The position numbers were made by a program, and so were the translations under genes. The notes under the pieces were generated by a model. That model was not told where the DNA came from, searched no databases, and saw only the letters and a list, made by a program, of their open reading frames with translations. Shown piece after piece: positions 11,001 to 22,830 of a stretch of DNA of 64,000 nucleotides. The stretch is from Fimbriosthenelais zetlandica (taxonomy: Eukaryota): NCBI GenBank assembly GCA_977030845.1, contig OZ365116.1, positions 17,174,001-17,238,000 on the forward strand. The letters are read 5' to 3'. The first letter of the stretch is position 1, and every line of letters starts with the position of its first letter.

Positions 11001-13169
11001 CCTTGTAATAGATATCCACAGGAAACCTCTCAACTACAAAAAAGAATACTTTTTTATCCATACCTCCACTTAGTTCTTCCACTTTAGAAACGTGCCTCAA
11101 GCAAGCAATTATTTGTGCTCTCAGAAGGCAGTGTGGAATAGAAAGTACTAGTGAGGAAACATTGACTTTGCTTTTCATCGAGACACTGCCTGATCAAAGA
11201 AACACGTGGATGGAATATGAACATTGATCATGATCATTTACTCACTGCTCCCCTCCTCTATATCACAGCTCGCCCCAAGCTTGGCAGTAGGATATACCAG
11301 GAAAATTCTTAAATAAAAGCAACTCCTCCTCTTGCTGTCTCTATATATACTCTTCTGTTACTTCAAAAAGCTTTGAAAGGATGGCTCCTGAGGAGATATT
11401 TCCACCAATCCCTTTGCAGTCCAAAAGACAGGTAGACATTTGTTAAATATATCCTGCCAAGGACATCTAATACGGTACATCTAAACTTAGCCATGTCCAG
11501 ATCTGATACCTGAGTTTCTGCTTGATTGACTGGCCAAGAAGATCAAAAAGTATAAAAACTTGAAGACAGCACTTTGTCTTTGATGTATGGGGTGTGTCTG
11601 ATTGTCAGAGGCCTACCGTCTCCTTCCTCCGATGTCATATCTTATAGCACTGCGGTTATTGATCGTCCCCATACAATGACTCCAGTCTCAGGTCAACAAT
11701 CAGCTACTCAGACCAGCTTCACTAACAAAAAACCCATCATGTATTGATTTCTGAGAGGCTGATGACACTATATCACATCGGCAATCAGGACATTGTTCTG
11801 GAGATGGGGTGAGGAAGGTTGGAGACTAATTAAATAACTAGTAAGGGAGGTACAGGATTTGTCAACTAGAGTATGTTGTAGGGTTTTTCCTGTACACTGT
11901 ACTGTTGTGTTTAGTTTGGTGCCAGCAAGGCTGGCTGGAATGACAGATGACTGGATAAGCTGAGGAAGAGATTGAGAGAGATTGAAGTTTCTGTCCCAAT
12001 GTCCTCTCATGACATTTTAGAACTGACCACGCGAATAAAGCCTCATTAATTGCCACAAATACTAAACCATGCTCAGTCCTGACCTCTGTGAACATTACGT
12101 CTTTAATCATGGACGTCTGATTTTCATCCTAGAGCCGCTTTAATGGTTTGGCAATGCAAATGTTATCAGCAACCAGGAAATGCTGGCAATCTATCGGTCC
12201 CACTTCAAATCGTCTTGGTGCTGTTTCTAACAAATTACTCAGGATTTGGTCCCATTGTTGGCGCCTTGCAGTGGAATCCCTTTAGGAAATTACAGTTTGA
12301 ATTGAATCGATTGGTTTGGATAGGTTAAGGGAATGACTTGTGGTTAAAGGGGACGAATACTTTACATGTATGAAGGCTATAGTAGATGGATGTGTAAATG
12401 GCTTGTTATGTAAATGGTGTTTACCTTTGGTATCCTGGATGATTTGTATGGTTCACACACCTGTACATAATAACCCTGAATCAATAATACAGCTCAGGTC
12501 ATGAACAGATGAAATGATGAGGCTTTTTGCCAACAGTAACTTAACTAATGACACACATTCATGGAGTGGGAGCCATAAAGTCAGTGAGCAGAGAATCACA
12601 TTTAAACTTGATCAGAGACCTCGATCTTTGTGTAAAGGTCATGTGATGTGAAGACGTGGCTTGGCAGGTGATATACAAGCCATGTAAACTGGTAAACATG
12701 TGATCTTATTACTAATAGAACCACTGCCAAGACATCTGACATTTGATCACTTCAATGATCTCGTGTATTTCAACCCTTAACATTTATTAAAGCATCTTCA
12801 GTGGAACATTTATAAGGACGATCACCCATCGTATAAAGATAAATGGTAAGGTAAGATTAGGTAGTGTAAGTGCCGAGCAAGAAGGACTCTTAAGCAGTGG
12901 AAAGTACCCTTCTATATATAGAAAAAAGCCATGCAGTTCAGACTATATATGGAGGCGAGAAATCCCGGGAGGTCGAGTCCCAGGAGTAAATCCTCCTCAT
13001 CTTCCTCCACTACAGCCCACCACTACAGCCCACTCTGCTATACTCCCTAATACAGTGATGAAAGCTAGGCTAGTCCCGGCCATAAACACCACCTTTATAG
13101 GGCTCGTTTACACTAAGGCAATGATAAATATGTTGGCAATTCTATGATTCATACTGAATATGTGAAGAA

Positions 13170-13450
13170 ACATTCTAAGGTTTGATGACATTTTATTGGA
13201 GCCATCCTTATTGGTGTATACAGCAGTAGAAATTCATCATCTTTACGTTCGTTGTAGACCGGCCAGTGGTAATATTGTTTTAGTGTATCTCAGCATTTGT
13301 CCCCATCCACCAGCCTTTATGTCAATGGATATCAACGAGCAATTCATAGTACCATCCATCACCCACAATCCATCCAAGGTCTGGTGGTCAAAAAATGAGC
13401 AGCTCGCAGCTCCATGTTGAAAAAAAGCCACCTCAATGATGGATCGCTGG
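13170..13450 (-). mobile_element. Decayed LINE RT fragment
   Basis: Minus strand reads FQHG (13422-13411), then MDGTMNCSLISIDIKA (cf. LD.G..V..I.LD.SKAFD), then GL..*IS (cf. GI.G..L.WI.S), in the correct order. Confidence 0.5.
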
Positions 13451-13731
13451 CCATTGACTCACAGAGGGTCCGCATCCATTCATTATCACCCTTTAAATGT
13501 CTTTTCTTCATTATTAAGAGCTTCAAGGCGTACACTGCTCCCACATAGTCCCATTGTGTCTACGTCAGCGTGAGCACAGATGCGTGGGTGTGATATACAA
13601 TATGCTGTACTGAATTATACGATATTCGATATGTATATTGAAATGAGATAGAGTTTGGTACTTTATTTTTCTCTAGGATTTCACATATTAAATCCCTTGA
13701 TAGTCTGAAAATGTTCTTGTTTATTTTTCAG

Positions 13732-13823
13732 TCCAACTTGAATCCCGAAGTGATGATGAAGAACAAAAGCCCCAGAAGGACGTGTCAGATCTATCGTCAG
13801 AACAGATCGATCATCTTCTCCAG
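13732..13823 (+). CDS. TIAM1: TIAM/sif exon: acidic linker (VQLESRSDDEEQKPQKDVSDLSSEQIDHLLQ)
   Basis: Acceptor ttgtttatttttcag; donor CAG|gtaagc; phase 1 to 0, bridging exon 7314-7580 and exon 53715 exactly. Confidence 0.82.
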
Positions 13824-13885
13824 GTAAGCTTTTATTTATTGGTATAATCTACAATCTCAAGTTTGCTTTCACCTTTGCCCCGCAG

Positions 13886-14002
13886 GTGACCACTATAGCC
13901 AGTGACTACGGACCACTGCCGGTGCAGGTAGAGGAAAATCAGCGTCTGACAACGTTTATTAGCCGTTGCGTGCACACTGGGTTCCTTACCGATTGCGTTT
14001 AA
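13886..14002 (+). CDS. Candidate alternative (composite) exon: 42-nt cassette 13886-13927 (VTTIASDYGPLPVQ) or read-through terminal exon ending ...FLTDCV*
   Basis: Acceptor ctttcacctttgccccgcag after a 62-nt intron; weak internal donor CAG|gtagag at 13928; frame stays open to TAA at 14000-14002. Confidence 0.5.
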   Translation: MTTIASDYGPLPVQVEENQRLTTFISRCVHTGFLTDCV

Positions 14003-14037
14003 TATTGCGTTGTTTAATTGAATGACGTTGCAGCTGT

Positions 14038-14068
14038 AATAAAATCATTATAGCACTGTATGGTATGT
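14038..14068 (+). terminator. Candidate intronic polyadenylation signal
   Basis: AATAAA at 14038-14043, CA at 14054-14055, GT-rich tgtatggtatgt at 14057-14068; begins 36 nt after the in-frame TAA. Confidence 0.4.
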
Positions 14069-14899
14069 AATCACAGACATTCATTGCAGTTTTAATACAT
14101 TGTCAACCCAGCAGTCATAACACTGTAACTAATGCATATGGAAACAATCACAAATATTCAATATAAAGCTCCGGAAATTAGTCCACAGAGAACCGTGTCT
14201 CAATTAAATATGAAAGCTCCGGGAAATCTAGTGAAACAAGTCAATTACCAGCGATAAAGCCACGTCCAACTGCCTGCACAAAAGGGAAAATCAAGCAGGA
14301 GAAAATCTACTGGGAGGACTGGGTCATTTTACCTTATAACAGTCTATCCCCATAATCCAAGGCAGTGGGCCACTTTCAAAGCCCTTACTACAGCCTTTGC
14401 ATATTGAAACCTCTACCAAGAGCTCAGCCCGCTCTCTCTGGTCGCCTTTATCTGCGCAATTTCCCCCATCAAGGCGGTATCTTATTGAATGGCAGTGGGA
14501 GTGAACATATTATAGAGGGCTGAACGTGTCCCCGGCTAGCTTCCACTGAGCCTACTTTACTGCTAGTCACGTATATTGACTCTGTGATAAATGATTAGAC
14601 TCACTTCCTTTTTCTCTTGGTGAAAAAAGAAAGGGGAGGATATAAATAGGCACATAAGTGGAGGTTGTGAAGTGAGGAGAAATTTCCCGGATCTGTAGGG
14701 GATTCCTGAAATAAACCTAGATCAATGATACTGGCGCTGACACAAGCCACATTTACATACCATTTACCTGAACTTAGTTTTTACCAAATCATTGACTTTT
14801 CTTCTTCATTATTTATTATATGAGAATCATTTATCATCGTTCCTCAGGCCTAGTCTTTGACCCTGCTTTCACCGCTGAGATTCTTTCCACCCTTATGTC

Positions 14900-15205
14900 A
14901 GAATCTATGCTCTTCTAAAATGCGATTTATGCCTTCTTATTGACCACAAATCCCGGGTACTTTCTGAGTCAAAGCCAATCTGAAGTAGAGAGAGATAATT
15001 CCTGGAGGGAATGCTTCTCATGTGGTCCTCCCTCCATCCCATACACCAGGGAACACATACTTGCCTAGATACTTGAGATACACTACGAGCGGGGAAGATG
15101 CTTGGATGGCTACTGGAGATCCTATTTTGTGGTATACAAGGGTCAGAATAGACTAGTTTAAGTCCCCAGCAAAGATTCCCTCCCTCCAGAAGCAGCTAAA
15201 GAGTC
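14900..15205 (-). mobile_element. Decayed LINE RT fragment (N-terminal RT region)
   Basis: LFSCFWREGIF..SILTLVYHKIGSP (cf. LFN.C..EG.FP..W..S.I.PI.K.G.P), then after a frameshift QIGFDSESTRDLWSIRR (cf. Q.GFR..RST.D.IF.LRQ). Confidence 0.55.
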
Positions 15206-18200
15206 ACTCCATCTTGGATGATCCTCCAGTAAGTAAAAGCATTAAAGACGAAGGCAAGTCTAGGGTGAGAGGATCAGAAGCTGGTAATTCAGCCTCAAGG
15301 ATGTCTTTGAAACCTCAGACCCTCATCAGAACCTTAGTGTTACAGATGCCAACATGAAAGAGGAATGATGATGCACTTCGTATGTACTTGAGATATGATC
15401 AAGGGTGTCAGGGGTAAAAAATGAAGGCTGGTCATGTTTCCAGGAACAGAAGTTTTATTGCCCCACTATGCTTGCTATTTGATGGATGTTTGTGACTTGA
15501 TCATAAATTATTTCTAAAAAATTCACCAAATAAGTGGGGATAAAACCAGCCACTTGGCACACAACCTTTAAATAAACCTAAAATACCGCGGTGATTTGGA
15601 GAGAATCCTGCCTTTTCAGATTGATGATTTACAATCGAGAATGTGTGCCTCAAGACTGGAAGAGCAATGAGATGGATACCGCCCTCCCCCTTGAGAAATA
15701 GTCTCCTGGTTTTGATAAGATTCTATCATCCCTCACCAGCCAGCGTCCCCAATGTCTGTCTGTGTGTCTCACTGATCCTGCGCCATATGATAGATTATGA
15801 CTGATAAGAATAGATGTGATTATATAAGAACCATGTCTGGATCTAGGCACCTGGACCCCAGCTCCTGAAGCGGGCCAGGAATAGCAAGACAATAAACAAC
15901 CCCTCCACTCACAAATATTCCAAGCTTATTTTTATATCGACCCAGAGAAATATTGTCTAGGTACCTGGCAATAGTCAAATGACTGCATGATTTACACGGA
16001 GACTTAATATTTATTCTAACATCAATCTATAGAAGGCTGTTGTTAATCAAGGGTTACCCATTTCCCCAAGCTTAGCCTCCTGTATAATATATATCTCCCT
16101 ACAGTCATCCATATTCCCTTATCCTTAGACACATAACCCGGTGAGCCGCTTCTGCCTATCCTCCGCTGGATACCAGTGTTGGAGATAAACTTGATTACAG
16201 GTTATTACAAACCCATCCATCTCCACATACTCTACTAGCTTACGTTCCACACACATACTCCTCCAGAGAATCGGCATGAGGCATTCCTTCAACCCTCCTT
16301 CTACCAATCCAGTCCTACATTAAGGCACCAGAAAGGTGCCCAGAGATTATATCAATTGGTATGCATTGCCAATCCCTAAAATTGATTTCAAAGGTTTTAT
16401 TTCCATGTGAATGGCAAGGGAATGGATTGCAAGTGGATGGTAGAATGTCAGTGGTGTATCCCCGCCTCGCCCACCACTAACCAACACACCACTTAACTGT
16501 AAACAAACGTGATAAGTGTTACTTCTACCACAAACATTGGTCAGTCGTTTGTATACATACTTGACGGTTACCCTTTCCCTCAAAGCTTAGCCTTGACCAT
16601 CTTCTGACCTTTCCAATGCCTGTCTAGATTGGTTTGGGAAGTCTCCGGGAGATAGTAAACGACCCTGTGGAATGTAAGTAGTATATGGGTTGTGAGTGCC
16701 CCTCAGAGATAATTAAAAGGTGAGGTCCCAAAACAATCTGTCATTAGATGAGAATTGTTAACATGCCATGGGATGTTCCTTGAACCCCCCCTCCGAGGAC
16801 AGAAGGACTGAATAAATAATACTTATGCTATCTCACCGTGTTTCATCCTTCAGGGAACAAGTTGATTTATTGTCATTATCCACATTGAAGCTTGGACTGC
16901 TCCTTTGATGTGGACGGGGTCGATCTAATATCTTCGCAGTGATTGCATTTCTGGGCATCATTAGTAAGAGTGAGATGTGCCCTACTACTCCCGAACCTTC
17001 ATCTGTAGTTATCCCAGCTCTTTGATCATTCTATTGGACTGGATTTCGATCACATTTTACTCTATTGAGTCTTATTTAAAATGGTTCTGTACACCAATAA
17101 GCACCTATATTATCATAATTCTCACAATACAGAGTTCTATAATGTAGCTGTGGGCATTTATATACAGCTTACCCGGCTACAAATGTAGCCTGTAAATCGT
17201 TCTATTTTCTCTGCTTTAGTACGAAAACTTGGAACATTGCCTCAGATCCGTGCAGCAACAATGTGGATAAAAACATTATGTAAATATCTGTGGAGTTGTC
17301 TAGTTCCGAGCATAACCTCACAAACTAACAGCCGGAAGGTCATTTATCACGGGGAGATGGGCAGAATGGGTGTACAGATTCACTGTCTGCTCGTTACCCC
17401 CTCACTCATAGACGAGCTCAAACAGGCGGGCGAGAACGACAAATATACACGCTCATACGGCATAGAATGGCCTCCACTATGACGATTTGTCCTCAAATGT
17501 GTGCTCATTTAGATCATGATGATTCCACGGGTATTGTTGAGAATTGACCTCAGCTGTAGTGCAATCTGCAATGACGGCTTCCCACTTGATATGCTCTCTT
17601 ATCTACCCACTCATCCCAAGAACCCATAGTCATATCGGCCCTGTGTGTTTGTGCATTAAGCTTTGATCCTTTGCCATTAGAAATGAATGGACTCGTCATG
17701 CAGCTATCATTGTGAAACATTCAGATGGACGGGAGCAATGTGAGAGTTTGTTATTGTATTGTTCACCATTCCAGGAACCTGAGGTTGTTAGGGTCGTGGT
17801 GACGTCTATACAAAGAATGCCTGGAGAAAAAAATGATCATTTTTCAACCGGAAAAAAGTCGCTTCAATTGTTCAGAATAACAAATGATCAAAGCAAGACC
17901 CCGTGACTGTGCTTTCAGCCAATCAATGTGGTGTAATAAATCTAATGGTTCGGTAGGGACAGCTTTAATTGAGGCAAAGTATCTTATTCCCTTTCCTTTC
18001 TCAAACTACATGCATCAATTCAGTGAAACATATACATATCCAATAAATGGCTGGCTTTAGGTTAGACAAATGGCTCCTCAAAAAGCCATTTATCAAACGT
18101 CTGGGACCACATGAGGATCAATAGTCTTGAATAATAAGTAGTTTCCTCATATCTCCCACCCTTCTCTCTTACGTACGAGGAATAAATAAGTAAACATTTA

Positions 18201-19769
18201 AAAGTACGAATCGATATCAAGTTTTATACATACTTTCTCCTAATCAATGCTGACTGAAGTAGAAGGTGAGATCAATCCACAAAAAAGGTCATTGACGAGT
18301 ACTCGTCTCGGTTCGTAGAAGGTTCAACCTTTCATCCCCGTACTTTTCTATGAACCAGGGATTTCAGTATTGAAACTCCAATCCCTCTAAGCGCTCCTAA
18401 AATCAATGAGCAAATTATATAGGCCCTGTATTGAGTTGAGGTGAAGACCTTCCTCCTTGAACTAAGGATTAGTGGTGAATTATAACTGCCTCTTATTGAT
18501 TTTGCAACCGTTGAGCATTGCTGATTTTGCAATTTTTTTTTTACTTTTGCTAAGTAAGTTGAGATGTGAAGTTCTTTAATGAAAAATATATTGAACCAGT
18601 GGGAAAACACTGAAAGCTGACCAGGGACATGTCGGATAATGATCGTTATCGTGTAGGTGATAACATGTTCTTCCATCACCCACCTCACCTTGCCCATCTC
18701 ACCTGGCCTACACATACCAGTAACACCTGACGCCCGGCACCTGCCTTTGTTCTCTCAGGCCTCTAATCACTGGTCTCATAAAACATTTACCTGTGTCATA
18801 AAACATTCACCGCCTCTGTATATACCTGGCCGGGGTTCTACCCACCAGGTGCTTCCGTCTGTAGTAGGAAGTGTAAGAAAAACCAGCTCCAGAACACACC
18901 CAGTGTGTGTCTCATTACTAGAATGATTTCTGAGCAATCTGCTGCAGCTTTCTCTGACATAGACAGTGAGTATCATACTCTCTACCCATCAGGGATCCAG
19001 GAAGGAGCCATTTTTTGCCCTCTATTATTTAGTCTGGAGATGGCCTAATAGCTTGGGCAATATGTCTACTTATCTACGACTGTCAAGATTATGAATGTAT
19101 AACTAGCATCGTACGGCAATTATCTCAATGATATTGGAGACATTTTGTAGATACCTGACATTTGCAGCTGTGCTTATTTATTTGCCACTACCTCCAAAAT
19201 GCTATATACCCTCAATAACATGGTCCGGACTGTGTGCGATGCATTTCAAGGCAAGAAAATATTGACATGCTTCTGCCCCAACATGCAGGGCCACTTTGTT
19301 TGATCAACATTTAGCATACACATAGACATGTCCCTTTAAAATCAGGTAGTAAACAGCCTTCTTAACAAAACCATGAAAAGAGGTAGGTTTATAAACCTTT
19401 AGCTTGGAAGGGGGGTGAGGGGCAACTAGGGTCAAATAAAACTCAATGATAACACGTATATATGCATGCCTGGATGGGTGGGAGGTATGCCCATACTGTG
19501 CTTTAGGAACCTAATCCCCTCTTTACTGATATGCTGGTGTGACCTTTATGTCAATTGGTACAGAAATGGGATAGCAATCCCCCTGAATTTATTTCATCTT
19601 TTTCGATTTAGTACATCTATCTATGTAATTTATCGAGGGTAATTTGCAATTCAATGATAGATTTGAGACGAACACACTCATTGCGATACATTTGTGTTTG
19701 TTGTAGACAGGTCGTAGTGTTTGTACGATCATCTTTCTGTACACATGACAGCCCACCTGTACATTAACT

Positions 19770-20170
19770 TCTAGGTCAGTCTAAGATTAAGACTAATACT
19801 TCACCTGCTTCCTTCTCGGATTGGATTAAATCTCGAGTAGTCAGCTGGAAAATCCCACATGGGTTACAATGCTGGAGACCTGCTGAATCTCCGCACCAAA
19901 GTGATGCTTACTCATCCCAGTAATGAAATGATGGCAAACAGGTCACTGCTTGAGCTAATGCCAGCCAATTTAGTCCTTCATGGACAAAGAAATGGAAGGA
20001 ATATTCTGGGCAATTTGTATGTAGATATGGGGAATACAAGGGCTGACATGCCATTGGTGAAGTAATAGCTAATTTGATGAGCCAATATTGACTGTTGGGA
20101 TGTAGAAATCCCCCGTTTTGATGGCCATTACATTGAGAGCTTTGAAGCTTTTGTTCTTGGAGAGCTAGTG
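19770..20170 (-). mobile_element. Decayed LINE RT fragment (CR1/L2-like)
   Basis: QWHVSPCIP..NIPSISL, SKHHFG, then QLTTRDLIQSEKEAGEVLVLILD* (cf. QL..T..DL...LD.G.QVD.I.LDFSKAFD). Multiple stops and frameshifts. Confidence 0.6.
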
Positions 20171-22319
20171 ATTGCCTGAGGTACTGTGTTCTTTGTGGAT
20201 TAACTTGACTTATGGCTTTGTGTGGCTTCAGGGTTTTTCCTCTCAACCCAACGCATACTGGCACAGTCCTCATGGCGTGTTGTCTGCAATGGCAATCCTT
20301 GCCAGAAAATGGCTAAGAAAGCTCTAGTTTGGCCAGTGACTGGGCTCCTCATGATAACATTGGCCTTTGAGTTTGACCCAAGAAGACAGAAGATCAGAAA
20401 AGAATGAAGGAAATGTACAACGAATCTCTAGGTTTTGGAGGAAGAATTAAGGATAGTGAGAGACAAGTATAGCATTGAGAAACCTTTTTGGTAAAAGCTC
20501 GTACAATAGGGGCATTCAGAAACAGAAGGAAAGACAGGAAAGAAAACATAGCAGGGCAAGATGGATGGGTGAGGCAATGTTATAGTTGTTTCCATTGGAC
20601 CTCTTCTCGCCGGAAGTTCCCCCCTTTTGCCCCCTAACCTTTAGGGTGACTGGCGTGCTTTGACCCCTTTGACATTGATCCACTTAACATTATTCAAATC
20701 AGCTCAAACTTGCCCAAGCCAATCGTTGACCACCGTTCTATCACGTGTCTCATGTCATGACAACGTGTAATCATTGGTTGCTAGGGTTCATCAGTGACAG
20801 GCGCTCTCCAGCGTGGAGGGAGGAATGTTGTACCCGCTGACCTTTATTTCCGATCCCTAGGGGTCAGACATAAAGGACCTCTAGAAGCTAGCTAGCAATA
20901 TTAGCAAAGTTATTGAATAAGCTGCGATGGCTTCGGCTTTTTCATAAGCGCTTGTGAGAAGTATTAGATTATTGTAGCGAAGCCCTATTTGATTAGGAAG
21001 GCACGCCTTCCACAACCGTAGTATTTATCTGCCAAATTGAATTGCACAAATGTCAGATCTTACCTGACATCCTCGTCTAGCGTGTATTAAGAGAATTGAT
21101 GGTATGTTTTGGTTCTGGGAGAAGAGGAAGCCAATCCACTTAGACCTTTACTGACATCAAGCGAAACCTCATTTATTTGTAATTTCATCCCTGGAACTCC
21201 CTACATCTTTCAAAAGGCAAATCTTCTTAAGGCTTAGATGTTAGTTTTTAAACATAAAGAAATAATGATGCTTGATCCGCCCTCTTCCTTGGTTTCCAAG
21301 ATCACAGTGCTAGTTACATATGGACCCAAACCAGGCAAAAGCACCACCCATACTGAAACATGAATCATTTGAGATAGCCTCCTGCATCCTGTTTAGTAGA
21401 AGCTTATCTTCCTCTCCCTAGTAGACAAGATAAGAAGGCGATAATCTCTTGCACTGACCTAAGTGGGTCTCAGTGTTAATCCTGCATACTCTTAAAGGAG
21501 ATAATCCAGTGAGAACTATAAAGTCAGGGCAGTGTGACAGTAATGGCTCATCAAACTTAATTAGCTTGTGATCAACCCTCACTAAGGATCCACATCTAAA
21601 AGACAAAGCTGGGTCAGCGTTTCCCTGGAGGACATGGCTTTATAGCCTATTCTAATCCACACAAACTCTGCCGTGTATTACTCTGTGTATGCTTTCCAGA
21701 ATACCTCCAAAGCTATTGATCAAACGCAATAAGCATGGCTCTAATCATTGCTTAGTGCGTGAGATTAATTTGAGCAATTCAAATAGAAAAAAGGGTCAAT
21801 ATCTAATCATCCATCCAATAACCTCCCTTTCTATTGCATACAACAATTTCCTGTCTGAATGATGTACAAGATAAGCTATAGTTTCTACACGGTTCATGTC
21901 TTGAATTAACACCCATATAAATTGATAGCCATGTCCATGTCATGTACGTTTCTCAACCATTGCCCATATCCTCCAGTTTCTCCAGGAAACTAATTGCCTC
22001 CGTGTGAAGAGATCCTTTGATTCTTCCCCCTCGGGATGTTTCTTATCGCCTGCTCGGATCAATCGGATCAGTGAACTGAATAAGTACCATCTGCCAGCAC
22101 GTGATAATGAATCATTTACAAACCAGACCATACTCTGCCTCAACATTCAACTATAACTATTCAACTATAACTTTAAACAAGCATTATGTCCATTTTCTTC
22201 TATTATTTTCCTTGACATTAAGGTCTATATGTTTCTCTCCAACTCATCAATTGACTCGCCCTCGGAATGTTAAATCAGGGTTATGCTAACATCTGATCGA
22301 TACCGTGCATTTTTATGCA

Positions 22320-22830
22320 CCGCATGTCCACAGTGATGGATGGCGAGTATCTCAGCACAAGTCCATTTAGAGTTTGTATTGGAATGTATCACATTGGGGT
22401 TCTGTCATGGGTCACCTATTGACAAATCTCTACACATGACCCCCTGGAGTGGGTCCTCCATGTATTTACATTATACCACTGACACCCTCCAGGGCATGCC
22501 TCCAACGTCCCTAATCACAACATGCTGGTGTCAATGACAACATATCAAATGACAGAGATGCTTCATTATGTATACGTCAGTTCATCATCAGATGCTAGCA
22601 CATGTATATGGCTTATCGCTATTACAACTCCCCAAATACATCTCTGCTGGGGACGGTATTGAGTCATACCCAATAGATTGTAATCAATATGACTGAATAG
22701 GTCAACAACAATGCTTTTTGCTGATGTGGAGGATTGCATTTCATGCTTGCCAAATGTTGAATAGGTTTCATCTGAAATATTGATGAGTAATCCAGGCAAA
22801 TATGAATTGGTCTGCAGCCAGTACCCATCC
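22320..22830 (-). mobile_element. Decayed LINE RT core fragment
   Basis: KSIVVD..GMTQ (cf. Q.VVVDG..GVPQG), VLASDD (cf. LFADD), TLEA..QWYNV (cf. L..LE.W...WQM.FN), HV*R, in the correct order. Confidence 0.55.

Noticed and set aside
12964-12990. cccgggaggtcgag resembling Alu/7SL
   Set aside because: Only 14 nt match; the flanking 7SL sequence is absent.
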